Positions 10,978 to 21,173 of a stretch of DNA of 64,000 nucleotides are shown here, in pieces; the first letter of the stretch is position 1, and each line of letters opens with the position of its first letter. Both the position numbers and the translations under genes were made by a program. The notes under the pieces were generated by a model, which worked only from the letters and a program-made list of their open reading frames with translations, ran no database searches and was not told the origin of the DNA. This stretch comes from Bacillota bacterium. Lineage in GTDB: Bacteria; Bacillota; DTU025. Location: the NCBI GenBank assembly GCA_050951805.1, contig JBMNJT010000008.1, forward strand, positions 492,998-556,997, in the 5' to 3' direction.

Positions 10978-13900
10978 CTAGCGGTTGCATTTCTCCCCGA
11001 GACTTTCTATGGACTTAGCTATGACTGAAACCCCATTGCCCCGGCGCGAGATCGTTCCCGTGACGATTAGTGCAGGGCTTTTGAATATTGCGGCGCCTTG
11101 CCTCTGGTATACATCATCAAAGACTGTGACATCTGTGAGCCCGTATTCATCTTCGAGCGAGAGGAAGACAACGGTTTTGCCGCTTTTCGTAGGTGGCCTG
11201 TGCGGGCGGACTACAAGCCCTGCCACGCGCACGATTTGCCCTTGATCTGCTGATGAGATCTTGCGCGAATCCCAAACCCCTTCGCGCATGAGCGCAGGGC
11301 GGAAGAACTCCATGGCATGGCGGGATGCGCAAAAGCCGAGTACCGATGTTTCATGCTTGAACTTCTCCCAATCGGAGAAATCAGGGAGATTGACAACTGA
11401 ATAGCCTGAGTAGGCCTGAGGGGCGGCAGGTAGCCGGAAGGCGTCAGAGACGTCGGAAGAATGGTATGGGCTGGGGATCGCCTTGCGCACTTCGGCGCTG
11501 GTTTGTTTGATGTCCAGCAGACTTGCTTGCCCGGAAGTCTTCTTGGCATCTATGGCTGTGCGATGGGAGGCAGCGACTTCCGCAAGGCGACCGAGGTTCC
11601 AAAAGAGGGCTTTGCGATTCGGGTCAGTCGAATCGAAGGCTCCGGCAAGAACCAGATTTTCGACGACGGTCTTGTTTGCCTTGATTCGGCATAGGAAATC
11701 CAGGGCTGACATGAATGGCCCGTCATCCTGACGAGCATGTAGGATCTCATGGATCAGGTCGGAGGAGATGCCGGATACCTGCATGAACCCTACCCGCAAA
11801 GCTGTGCCTTCCACAGAATACTTCTCCTTACTGTGGTTTATATCAAGGGGAAGCGCTTCTACCCCGCGTCGCTTTGCTTCTACCAACAGGGTTCGGGCAG
11901 GATAGAAGCCCATTGGCTGTGCGCTGAGAAGTGCAGCGTAAAATTCGGATGGGTAGTGGCGCGCAAGGTATGCGGTTTTGTAAGCAGTGTCGGCGAAGGC
12001 TGCGGCGTGCGCCTCGCAGAAACCATAGCCTGCGTAACCTACTATGTAAGAGAATATCGTCTCAGCTACATCAGGTGAGACTCCATTTGCAACGGCTTTC
12101 GCCACAAAGTTGCGGCCTATATCCTCCATTTCCCTCATGGAACGGAAATGCGTCATTGCTTTCCGGAGCCTGTCGGCTTCGCCGGGGGTGAAACCGGCTA
12201 TCGTTGTGGCGATCTCGATCACCTGCTCCTGATAGAGGACTACCCCGTAAGTCTTCTTCAGAATTGGTTCAAGTTTGGGGTGGATGTAGGCGATTTCCTC
12301 GGCGCCGCTGCGCCGCGCGATGAATGGTTCTACCATGTTGCCTTGGATAGGGCCTGGGCGGATAAGGGCGACGCTGGCTACTATGTCTTCTATGTTGTCG
12401 GCTCCAAGTCGTGTCTGGAGCGCGCGCTGAGCGGGGCTTTCCAGTTGGAATAGGCCGATGGTTTCACCGCTGTTCAGCATCTTGTAAGTGTCATCGTCAT
12501 CCAATGGGATGCCGTTGTAGTCGAAGTCGTCATGCCCCTTACCAGAAGCTCTCACCATGTCGACAGTGTGCTCTACAGCGGAGAGGGTGCGCAGGGAGAG
12601 AATGTCTAGCTTGATAAGGCCGAGATCTTCTATGGCGTTCTTATCGAACTGCGTTATAGCTACGCCTTTGGCTGACATCTGAAGCGGCGTGACGCACGTG
12701 AGCGGTTGGTCGGAAATCACAAGGCCGCCCAGGTGGGTGCCGATGTGCCGCGGGAAGCCTGCAACTGATTCGCATAGTTCAAACAGGAGCTCGTACTGCC
12801 ACTTTGGTATCTCTTCACTGCGTGCCTCAGGATAGCGCTGGAGGGCACTGCGCACGGCATCGGCAGGTACATGGGGGAGGACATTGGCGATCCTATCGAT
12901 GTCGTTTGGGGGAAATCCTAGGGCTTTGCCGAAGTCGCGTACGGCCGATCGGGCCTGGAATGTGTTGAACGTGCAGACCGATGCAACATGGCTGTCGCCG
13001 TATTTACGGTATATGTAATCAGCCACGTCATCACGTCTTTCGGACTCGAAATCGATGTCGATGTCGGGCTTTTGGGCGCGCTCCAGGCTCATGAATCTTT
13101 CAAAGAGGAGGCCTCGGGCTATGGAGTCGACGTTCGTCAGCTTCAGGCAGTATGCGACGGCTGAGTCAGCCGCAGATCCGCGCCCTGCATAACGGATTCC
13201 TTGCGATTGGGCCCACTGCGCGATATCCCACACCACGAGGAAGTAGTCTTCGAACCCGAGGGCGGTGATTATGCTAAGCTCATGACTTAGGCGGTTTTCA
13301 ATCACAGGAGTGATCTTTCCATACTGGGCTATTGCGCCTTCCCGTGTGAGGCGCACGAGGTATTCGGCTGATGAGAGGCCTTTCGGCGTCTGATACTTCG
13401 GGAAAAGGCGCAGCGATAAATCGAGCCCGGGTGAGCATTTGTCAGCGATCTCATTGGTGTTTGCCAGTGCTTCGGGATATTTAGCGAAAAGCTCGGACAT
13501 TTCATCAGCTGATTTCAGATAGTTCTCCGCGTTTATCCGGCGCTCTGGATGTATGTCATCTAGGGTGGTGAGCGTCCGTACGCATGTAAGGGCGTCATGC
13601 ACTTCAAAACGAGGTTTGTTGGCGTAATGGACATTGTTTGTGGCGACTGTTCCCACTCCGATCTCTTGCGCAAGCTCTGCCAAGGCGGCATTGAGGGATA
13701 ATGCTCTAGGTGTCAGGGAATGTTCAAGTTCGATATAGAAGTTCTCCTTGCCGAATATGGAGGTTAGGTTTTCTGCTGTGTCTTTGGCGTCCTCAAACCT
13801 GCTGGATGTGACAAGGGATGGAATCTTGCCCCGGCGGTTGCATCCTGACAGAGCCATTACGCCTTCAGTATACTTTGTCAAGGTCTCCATGTTGGTTCTT

Positions 13901-14235
13901 GGCTCGCGGCGGGGGGAGGACATATGTGCCTCAGTGAGCATGCGACATATGTTGGCATAACCCTCGGGGTTTTGGGCCAGAAGAGTCAGATGCGAGCCAT
14001 CTGACATGGAAACCTCGACTCCATGTATAGGCTTTATCCCGTATTTTGCAGCGGCTTTCGATAACTCTACTGCTGCGCTTACATTGTTATGATCGGTTAT
14101 GGCTATTGCAGACATACCGCACTCTGCGGCGCGAGCCACTAGTGTGCTGCAAGTATCGGCTCCGTCCAGAAAGGAGTATTGCGAGTGAACGTGTAGATGG
14201 ACGAAGGGTTGCACGGGTATTGCCTCCATAGTCAA
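10978..14235 (-). CDS. dnaE2: Error-prone DNA polymerase III alpha, DnaE2 type
   Basis: PHP HLHVHSQYSFLDG, GRGSAADS, PDIDIDFE, GFCEAHAAAFA, QPMGFY, RPPTKSG; downstream of imuB in a LexA-boxed operon. Confidence 0.9.
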   Translation of the reverse strand: MTMEAIPVQPFVHLHVHSQYSFLDGADTCSTLVARAAECGMSAIAITDHNNVSAAVELSKAAAKYGIKPIHGVEVSMSDGSHLTLLAQNPEGYANICRMLTEAHMSSPRREPRTNMETLTKYTEGVMALSGCNRRGKIPSLVTSSRFEDAKDTAENLTSIFGKENFYIELEHSLTPRALSLNAALAELAQEIGVGTVATNNVHYANKPRFEVHDALTCVRTLTTLDDIHPERRINAENYLKSADEMSELFAKYPEALANTNEIADKCSPGLDLSLRLFPKYQTPKGLSSAEYLVRLTREGAIAQYGKITPVIENRLSHELSIITALGFEDYFLVVWDIAQWAQSQGIRYAGRGSAADSAVAYCLKLTNVDSIARGLLFERFMSLERAQKPDIDIDFESERRDDVADYIYRKYGDSHVASVCTFNTFQARSAVRDFGKALGFPPNDIDRIANVLPHVPADAVRSALQRYPEARSEEIPKWQYELLFELCESVAGFPRHIGTHLGGLVISDQPLTCVTPLQMSAKGVAITQFDKNAIEDLGLIKLDILSLRTLSAVEHTVDMVRASGKGHDDFDYNGIPLDDDDTYKMLNSGETIGLFQLESPAQRALQTRLGADNIEDIVASVALIRPGPIQGNMVEPFIARRSGAEEIAYIHPKLEPILKKTYGVVLYQEQVIEIATTIAGFTPGEADRLRKAMTHFRSMREMEDIGRNFVAKAVANGVSPDVAETIFSYIVGYAGYGFCEAHAAAFADTAYKTAYLARHYPSEFYAALLSAQPMGFYPARTLLVEAKRRGVEALPLDINHSKEKYSVEGTALRVGFMQVSGISSDLIHEILHARQDDGPFMSALDFLCRIKANKTVVENLVLAGAFDSTDPNRKALFWNLGRLAEVAASHRTAIDAKKTSGQASLLDIKQTSAEVRKAIPSPYHSSDVSDAFRLPAAPQAYSGYSVVNLPDFSDWEKFKHETSVLGFCASRHAMEFFRPALMREGVWDSRKISSADQGQIVRVAGLVVRPHRPPTKSGKTVVFLSLEDEYGLTDVTVFDDVYQRQGAAIFKSPALIVTGTISRRGNGVSVIAKSIESLGEKCNR

Positions 14236-14287
14236 AGATGTGATGGATCTTCTCGGCGGTCTACTCCCGATCGCAACAGCGAGGAGG

Positions 14288-14533
14288 CTAATCTAGCACT
14301 CGTGAAAGCACCCACTGGCCGGGCGCTTCGCGGCATAGCTCGTAACATCCGCCTGATGCCAAAGAGACAAGATAGTAATTCTTTTCTTCCTCGCCGTCCC
14401 ACCATTCTCCCGATTCCCGCCAGGAGTCGACTATGCCGGTCACCCGGTTCCACCTGTTAGACCAGTAAAACTGGGCGGGCGCACCATTTTGAGCCTCAAT
14501 CACACGAACTTGCGCCCATATGCGTTTACTCAT
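14288..14533 (-). CDS. Stand-alone ImuB C-terminal-like (DUF6504-like) protein
   Basis: Trp-rich pattern WRESGEWWDG..NYY..G.YEL.R...W.L resembles the C-terminal domain of proteobacterial ImuB; sits between imuB and dnaE2. Confidence 0.75.
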   Translation of the reverse strand: MSKRIWAQVRVIEAQNGAPAQFYWSNRWNRVTGIVDSWRESGEWWDGEEEKNYYLVSLASGGCYELCREAPGQWVLSRVLD

Positions 14534-14621
14534 AAAGCCCCATCACTCCCAGAATATTGCCGTAGACCACTACAGGCTGCCAGATGTGGACACCTATTAA
14601 GCGTACACGTGCATATGGGGT

Positions 14622-15812
14622 TTATAGGAACGATTCTGCAAGCATCCGATCGCGCCTTGATACTACGAGCATGTTTGCGGTGATTACGCTTTCTGCTCCG
14701 AATCGTTCGCGCACATACTGGAGGGCCCGGTCCATTTGGGCCTTTTCGGGTTCAGTAGATGCCGAACTGAAGATGGAAAGCTGCACCTCTTCGGGAACGA
14801 CAAGCCCGCCGACGCGCGCGTTAATGGCTGTGATAGGCATCGAAACCTGGTCTTCGATGATCCGCTCAAGCCCGTGGGCGATCTGGTATGCAGAATCGGT
14901 AGGAGAGCGGAAAGAGCGCCGTCTGTATTTGCCGCTGGTGTAGTCATTGCAATGGCTGCTTGCAAACTCCAGGGAGATCTTTGCCCATGATGCGTTTCTT
15001 CCGGAGTCACGCAGCTTGGAGGCGATCTTGGATGAGCAAACTGCGATGCACTGGACTATGTCGGCCCAGGTCTGCACGGGAGATTCGAACGACATGGAGC
15101 ACTCTATGGATTCTTCGGGATATGCGGCCTGAACCCGTGAGTGATCTATCCCGCAGCTGAGCTGATAGGCTATGAGGCCTGCTTCGCCTAACTGCAACGT
15201 GAGTTCAGCCATAGGAACCTTTCGCAGTTGAGCAAGGGTTTTTATGCCGAGCTTTTCAAGGTGCGCCACAACCTGAGACGGGATAGGCCATACAGAGCTC
15301 ACTGGGAGCTTATCAAGAAAGCGCTGCTGGGCTTCTGGCGGTATGCACCGGTATGTTCCCGCATTGTGGATCGTAGGCGTTGCAGCTTTTGCTACGAATT
15401 TGGAGCTTGCAAGGCCTATTGATACGATGATGCCTGCCTCATTTTCCGCTCTGTGCACGATGTCGTCGGCGATTGTTCGGGCTGCGCCGCACCCGGTGAA
15501 ATCTGCGAAAGCGCCGTCAGGCGCTATGGGTTCAACCAGCGGGGTGTACTCGGCGCAGATGTCCCATATTCCGTTGGCAAGCTCGGAGCATGAATCCTGT
15601 TCATAGCTTGCGAACACGATCTCGGGACATACCTGCCTTGCATGCCTTCGCGTAGTGCCGGGAGTTACTCCAGTCGCAAGCGCCTGGGGTGACACGCCTA
15701 TAACCGTGTTCTTTTTCGTGACAGCGATGGGCTTGCCGCCAAGAGAAGGTTCGAGCCTGGCATGTGCGGTTGCGTATAAAAAAGGGATATGTATGTAAGC
15801 GATAGAGCGCAT
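14622..15812 (-). CDS. imuB: Catalytically degenerate Y-family polymerase (ImuB-like)
   Basis: DinB-like fold, but HIPFLYA replaces HxDMDAFYA and APDGAFAD replaces SIDEAYLD; clamp motif QLSIF; RecA-N-terminus-like MDRALQYVRERFGAESV. Confidence 0.82.
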   Translation of the reverse strand: MRSIAYIHIPFLYATAHARLEPSLGGKPIAVTKKNTVIGVSPQALATGVTPGTTRRHARQVCPEIVFASYEQDSCSELANGIWDICAEYTPLVEPIAPDGAFADFTGCGAARTIADDIVHRAENEAGIIVSIGLASSKFVAKAATPTIHNAGTYRCIPPEAQQRFLDKLPVSSVWPIPSQVVAHLEKLGIKTLAQLRKVPMAELTLQLGEAGLIAYQLSCGIDHSRVQAAYPEESIECSMSFESPVQTWADIVQCIAVCSSKIASKLRDSGRNASWAKISLEFASSHCNDYTSGKYRRRSFRSPTDSAYQIAHGLERIIEDQVSMPITAINARVGGLVVPEEVQLSIFSSASTEPEKAQMDRALQYVRERFGAESVITANMLVVSRRDRMLAESFL

Positions 15813-15845
15813 TTACGATACGCCTCCGGGTTTATGATCGGCGAT

Positions 15846-15859
15846 AGAACATATGTTCG
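15846..15859. promoter_or_regulatory. LexA (Cheo/SOS) box
   Basis: AGAAC-ATAT-GTTCG, matching Firmicute GAAC-N4-GTTC, just downstream of the imuB -10. Confidence 0.9.
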
Positions 15860-15867
15860 GTAGACTC

Positions 15868-15897
15868 ATTATATCCCGGGGACGATTGGAAAGTCAA
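15868..15897 (-). promoter_or_regulatory. Sigma-A promoter of the imuB-dnaE2 operon
   Basis: TTGACT-N18-TATAAT on the minus strand. Confidence 0.75.
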
Positions 15898-16301
15898 GGA
15901 GACGGATGGCATAACGCAATTCCGGGAAAATATTGGGCAGCACCGTCGATCAGTCCTGATCGAGTGGGTTGATGATGATATAGGTAGGCCTGCCGAGGGC
16001 TCCTATGAGCACGTGATAACACATGTAGAGCAGTGTTCAAGGCTACGTAAGACGGTACAGCCCATAACTGACTAACAGTTCCACGCGTTCCGAAACCGAT
16101 TGAAGACGTTTAAAGAGTGTGCGGACTTTGAAGAATAGAGCCCACCGAAGTATGGCTTGTTGTGCAATCTTGCATTTCGTACACAGGAGTAATCGCGGGA
16201 GTGGAGAATACAGACCTAGATAATAACTGATATGGCGCGGCTCGGGGCTTGCCGCCTTAGCCAAGCTGTGTCAAGATTCTATGGAGGGTGAATTGGAAGC
16301 A

Positions 16302-17321
16302 ATGAAAAACCGTGTTGTCGCTTTCGCGCTTGCCATCATCGCCATTCTCTCGCTCACATTAGGTTCGTCTTTGGCCGCTCCGCCCAAGCACAAAGTTGCC
16401 TACATCATAAATGGTGCACTGGGTGACCTTTCGTTCTATGATTCCGGCCAGGAAGGTATCGATAGGATCCGAAAGGAGCTCAATGCTGAAACAAGGACCA
16501 TCGAATGCAACTTTGATCCTGTTGCATATCCTCAGGCGCTCCAGTCGGCAGTCGCTTGGGGGGCGGATGTGATCTTCGTCGTTTCCTATGGATTTGAGGA
16601 CCTTCTCATGCAGTACGCCGACACATACCCCGATAAGAAGTGGATCAACCTCGACACTGTGGTTGAAAACAAGAAGAAGACCATTACCAGCGTTGATTTT
16701 ATCGAGGAAGAAGGCGCCTTCATGGCCGGCGTCGTTGCTGGACTCGTAACGACTGACACATCCATCCCGGGCGTAAACCGCGACAAAGTCGTCGGTGCCG
16801 TCTGCGGCGATGATGATCCGGTCATACGAGGTTTTTTGTACGGTTACGAGCAAGGCGCAAAGCATATCGACAAGGATATTGAAGTGAAGGCGATCTTCAC
16901 TGGCACCTGGGATGACCCTGTCAGGGGCAAGCAAGCTGCCAAGCAACTCTATTCGCAGAAGGTTGACATCATATTCCAGATCGCCGCGCTCACGGGATCC
17001 GGAGTGCTTGAGGCCGCAAAAGAAGAAGGCAAATACGCCATAGGCGTCGATTCCAACCAGAACGGAATCCAGCCCGGGCACGTGGTAACTTCCATGCTAA
17101 AACACATGGGCCAGTCAATTTATCGTGTTTACGGCACGATTTTGGATGGCAAATACAAGCCAGGTATGGTTCTGGAATACGGGCTGCGGGAAGGCGGAGT
17201 CGGTCTTGCCATCGATGAGCATACCAGGAGAATACTCCCTGCAAAGAGCCTTCAGAGGGTCATAGATATTGAGAACAAGGTGAAGAGCGGCGCGATCAAG
17301 GTCGAAAGATATCGCGGATGA
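16302..17321 (+). CDS. BMP-family nucleoside ABC transporter substrate-binding protein
   Basis: GALGDLSFYD, EEGAFMAG, GTWDDP, AIGVDSNQ, TSMLK; signal peptide lacks a lipobox Cys. Confidence 0.9.
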   Translation: MKNRVVAFALAIIAILSLTLGSSLAAPPKHKVAYIINGALGDLSFYDSGQEGIDRIRKELNAETRTIECNFDPVAYPQALQSAVAWGADVIFVVSYGFEDLLMQYADTYPDKKWINLDTVVENKKKTITSVDFIEEEGAFMAGVVAGLVTTDTSIPGVNRDKVVGAVCGDDDPVIRGFLYGYEQGAKHIDKDIEVKAIFTGTWDDPVRGKQAAKQLYSQKVDIIFQIAALTGSGVLEAAKEEGKYAIGVDSNQNGIQPGHVVTSMLKHMGQSIYRVYGTILDGKYKPGMVLEYGLREGGVGLAIDEHTRRILPAKSLQRVIDIENKVKSGAIKVERYRG

Positions 17322-17500
17322 TTGCGTGGCACATTGAAGCTGCAAATGCGGGCGCCGGCTTCGTCTAGCCGGGTCGTGCTGTCAGCGGTTGCGTTCAACA
17401 CAGTGTATGGCAGGAAGGGAAGGCTGATTGCCGACTCTTCCTGTCCCTTGTTATTTCAGATGCAGTGTTCCACAGACTTTTCTTGGAGGTGCATCGCTTC

Positions 17501-19063
17501 TTGCAGGACCAATTCATAAAGATGGACTCCATAACGAAGATCTATCCCCCCGATACCATTGCCTTAGATGACGTGGATTTGGTTGTCGAAGAAGGAGAAA
17601 TCCATTCCATAATCGGGGAGAATGGGGCCGGCAAATCCACGCTCATGAAGGTGCTCTATGGCATGACCCCGCCAAGCGGCGGTGAAATCAGTTTTCGGGG
17701 CCGGCGCACAAGGTTCTCTACGCCTAGGGAAGCCGTGGCCGCAGGCATAGGCATGGTTCATCAGGAGTTCATGCTCATCCCTTCCTACACGGTGTATGAA
17801 AACGTGATCTTGGGCGCAGAATCCGTAGGGAGGTTCGGCACACTCCGCCATGATGATGCAAAACCTAAAGTGCAGGAGCTTGTTGACACGTATGGCCTGA
17901 ACATAGACATCGACAGCCGAATCAGCGATCTTTCAGTCGGCGCCCAACAGAAGGTGGAGATACTGAAGCTCCTCTATAGGGATGTTGATGTTCTCATCAT
18001 GGACGAGCCAACTGCGGCGCTCACTCCGCAGGAAGCGGGGGAGCTTTTCACAAGATTGAAGAGCCTCAACGAGGCAGGCAAGACCATCATTTTCATCAGC
18101 CACAAACTCGACGAAGTGCTTGAATTATCTGACAGGATCACCGTAATGCGCAAAGGTAGACGGGTGACGACCGTGGACAACCGTGGGCTGGACAAGGCGG
18201 AGCTTGCGCGCGCCATGGTCGGAAGGGATGTCGTGTTCTCCATTAAGAAGACGCCTGCCTCCCCGGAAGAAGTAGTCTTTGAAGCGCGGAGCCTAGGATA
18301 CATCGACGCGAACGGAGCAACCAGGCTTAAGGACGTCTCTTTCGATGTCAGGCGCGGCGAGATAGTCGGGATTGCAGGGGTCGAGGGGAATGGTCAGTAC
18401 GAGTTGGTCCAACTCGTTACGGGCCTCCTGCCGGCCCAGTCGGGAAGAGTCTTCATAGGAGGTCACGACGTGACAGATGAAGATGTTATGCAGAGGCGCA
18501 AGCTCATGTGCTATGTGCCTCAAGATAGAAAAGTCTCGGGAAGTGCCCAGAGCATGAGCCTTGTGGATAATGCCATCATGACCCACCACCGCCTCAACCC
18601 AGAGATTGAGGATCGCTGGAAAGCCCTGCTCAGTTCGGGGCGATGCCGTGCCTTTGCTTCTCGCTTGGTGGAGGACTTCGGGGTTCTCGCGCCCCAACTT
18701 GATGCGCCCATTTCATCACTTTCAGGCGGAAATCAGCAGAAAGTGGTGGTCGGCAGGGAGTTCATGCTCGACACGGATTTCATCCTCCTCGACCAGCCTA
18801 CGCGTGGGCTTGATGTTGGCTCCATAGAATACGTGCAGCAGGAAGTAGTGCGCAGGCGCGATGCGGGAGCGGGATGTCTGTTGATTTCTGCTGATCTCGA
18901 CGAGCTTTTCAGCCTGTCCGACAGGATACTGGTGATGGCGAGAGGCAGGATCGTTGCCGAGCTTCGCCCGGAGGCGACCACCCGCGAGGAGATAGGCGAG
19001 TACATGCTCGGGGCGAAAGAAGCTCAGAAGGCCTGGCGCGCCGGGAAGGAGGTTGGAAGGTGA
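17501..19063 (+). CDS. Nucleoside/sugar ABC transporter ATP-binding protein (two ABC domains)
   Basis: GENGAGKST, GMVHQEF, MDEPT, LSGGNQQK, DQPTRGLDVG. Confidence 0.92.
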   Translation: MQDQFIKMDSITKIYPPDTIALDDVDLVVEEGEIHSIIGENGAGKSTLMKVLYGMTPPSGGEISFRGRRTRFSTPREAVAAGIGMVHQEFMLIPSYTVYENVILGAESVGRFGTLRHDDAKPKVQELVDTYGLNIDIDSRISDLSVGAQQKVEILKLLYRDVDVLIMDEPTAALTPQEAGELFTRLKSLNEAGKTIIFISHKLDEVLELSDRITVMRKGRRVTTVDNRGLDKAELARAMVGRDVVFSIKKTPASPEEVVFEARSLGYIDANGATRLKDVSFDVRRGEIVGIAGVEGNGQYELVQLVTGLLPAQSGRVFIGGHDVTDEDVMQRRKLMCYVPQDRKVSGSAQSMSLVDNAIMTHHRLNPEIEDRWKALLSSGRCRAFASRLVEDFGVLAPQLDAPISSLSGGNQQKVVVGREFMLDTDFILLDQPTRGLDVGSIEYVQQEVVRRRDAGAGCLLISADLDELFSLSDRILVMARGRIVAELRPEATTREEIGEYMLGAKEAQKAWRAGKEVGR

Positions 19064-20142
19064 AGAAGCAGTTACTGCCTGCAATCATTGGAATAGTCGT
19101 TGCTCTTTTGGCAGGCCTCATTATCCTGTGGGCCCAAGGGTATCCGCCTTTGCAAAGCTATGCGGCGCTCTTTTCCTATAGCCTGTTTTCAAGGTTTGCA
19201 TTCTTTTCGACTCTGGACAAGGCAACGCCGCTGATACTGACCGGCCTTTCAGCTGCTGTGGGGTTCGGAAGCAACTGTGTGAACCTGGGCCAACCGGGTC
19301 AGTTTTTGATCGGCGCCATTGCAGTTACTGCCTTTGGAATAGCGGTGGATCTTCCAGCGGCAATCATGATTCCCCTGTCAATTTTGGTTGCGCTTGCCGC
19401 CGGCGCATGTTGGTCTGGAATTGCCGCAGGCCTGAGGCGACGTTTCAACATGGACGAGTTCATCACTACTTTGATGCTCAACTTTATCGCTGACTATTTC
19501 ACATTGTATCTAATATCCGGTCCTATGCTGGATACGAAGATGTACTCTCCGCTAACCCCCATGACGAATTCCGGGGCATGGCTTCCGATATGGAATGGCT
19601 TTGGCTCCGCATTTCTCGTGGCGGTTGCGGCTTTTGCGGTTGTCTCTGTTCTGTGGAACCGATCGAAGATCGGTTATGAATGGCGAGCGATGGGGCAGAA
19701 CCCGATCTTCTCGAGAACGGGCGGGTGTCGAAACGATGCCGCCTATGTATGGGCTATGCTTCTCAGCGGAGCCTTGGCTGGGCTCGCAGGCGGGCTCATG
19801 ATTATGGGTGGGATGCAGCATCGGTTTGTGAAAGGGATCGGCGCTAACTATGCGTGGGACGGGGTTATGATAGCAATAGTGGCTAACAACAACATTCTGG
19901 CCACAGGTCTGTACGCCCTGTTTTTTTCGGTGCTTCAGACAGGCGCAATGGGCATGGAGCTTGAAACGTCTGTCCCTTCCGAGTTTTCTCTGGTGCTTCA
20001 GGCGATAGTAGTGCTCTTTGTTGTGGCCAGCAGAGAGTCGACTCGTATGCTGATGAACAATATCGCTGCCGAGATGAGGATGAAGAGGGCTCGCGGCAGG
20101 GATAAGGGAATGGGGGATGGACGCCGTGCATCTAATGGTTGA
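19060..20142 (+). CDS. Nucleoside ABC transporter permease
   Basis: Hydrophobic; TPLILTGLS, NLGQPGQ, EFITTLMLN; overlaps the ATPase stop. Confidence 0.88.
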   Translation: MKKQLLPAIIGIVVALLAGLIILWAQGYPPLQSYAALFSYSLFSRFAFFSTLDKATPLILTGLSAAVGFGSNCVNLGQPGQFLIGAIAVTAFGIAVDLPAAIMIPLSILVALAAGACWSGIAAGLRRRFNMDEFITTLMLNFIADYFTLYLISGPMLDTKMYSPLTPMTNSGAWLPIWNGFGSAFLVAVAAFAVVSVLWNRSKIGYEWRAMGQNPIFSRTGGCRNDAAYVWAMLLSGALAGLAGGLMIMGGMQHRFVKGIGANYAWDGVMIAIVANNNILATGLYALFFSVLQTGAMGMELETSVPSEFSLVLQAIVVLFVVASRESTRMLMNNIAAEMRMKRARGRDKGMGDGRRASNG

Positions 20143-21049
20143 GATGATAAGGTCGAGCATCCTTTCGGCAACCCCGGTCCTCCTTGCGGGCCTTGGGGGC
20201 GCCTACACTTATTACGCCGATGTCTTCAACATCGCTATGGAAGGCATGATGTTGATCGGGGCCTTTACGGCCGTCGCCGGCAGCTATTCCTCTGGTTCAT
20301 GGGCCGTGGGAGTTCTTTCTGGGATAGCAGGCGGCCTTGCGGCAGCTCTCATATTTGCCTTCTTCGTTGTATCTTTAAAAACTGATGAGTTTGTTACCGG
20401 GACCGCCCTAAACATGCTGGCATTGGGCGGGACGACGTATTCGCTCAGGCAGCTCTTTCACGTGAAGGGAGCTTTCATGTCCCCGGCCATTCAGTCGATA
20501 CCGCGTTGGAATATCCCACTCGTATCCGAAATCCCGTGTTTAGGTCCGATTTTGAGCGGGCATCCCTTCATCGTCTATATCGGTATTCTCCTTGCCTTCT
20601 TTGTGGAATGGCATATATTCAACACAAGGTTCGGATTGAGGCTCAGGGCTGTGGGCGAAGATGCGACCGCGGTGGACTCCGTAGGAGTCAGTTCCGACAG
20701 GATCAAGGCTCAGGCCATAATGGCATCGGGAGTTCTTTGCGGACTTGCAGGCGCATATCTCTCCTTAGGTTATGTCACGCTTTTTGCTGAAAACATGTCG
20801 AATGGCCGTGGTTGGATTGCCCTCGCCGTCATAATACTGACCAGGGGCCGTCCAATGGGACTTCTCCTGATGTCACTGGTCTTTGGATTCTTCGATGGAC
20901 TGGGGCTGAGCTTGCAGGGAACGATGATTCCGCCACAGTTCACTCAGATGGTTCCCTATGTCGTGACCATCGTGGCGCTCTATTTTTACTCGAGAGAGAA
21001 GGGTACTGCCAAGGGTGAACCAGAGCAATCGAAGGCGAGCCTTTCATGA
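20117..21049 (+). CDS. Nucleoside ABC transporter permease
   Basis: NIAMEGMML, TRFGLRLRAVGE, GRGWIALA, MVPYVVT. Confidence 0.9.
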   Translation: MDAVHLMVEMIRSSILSATPVLLAGLGGAYTYYADVFNIAMEGMMLIGAFTAVAGSYSSGSWAVGVLSGIAGGLAAALIFAFFVVSLKTDEFVTGTALNMLALGGTTYSLRQLFHVKGAFMSPAIQSIPRWNIPLVSEIPCLGPILSGHPFIVYIGILLAFFVEWHIFNTRFGLRLRAVGEDATAVDSVGVSSDRIKAQAIMASGVLCGLAGAYLSLGYVTLFAENMSNGRGWIALAVIILTRGRPMGLLLMSLVFGFFDGLGLSLQGTMIPPQFTQMVPYVVTIVALYFYSREKGTAKGEPEQSKASLS

Positions 21050-21173
21050 CGTGGAGGGCGAGGTTAATGAGGTAATCAGCCTCGAAGACGCAAATTGGCT
21101 GGCAGTTGCGCGGCCGAGAATTCCATGCTAATCTTAATCGAGCCTGCTATCAATATGAGGGGGGGAATTTGCA

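Noticed and set aside
16150-16260. Purine riboswitch or sigma-54 promoter before the nucleoside ABC operon
   Set aside because: No TATAA...TTTCTACC...CCGTAAA pattern, and the GG/GC spacing is wrong for -24/-12.
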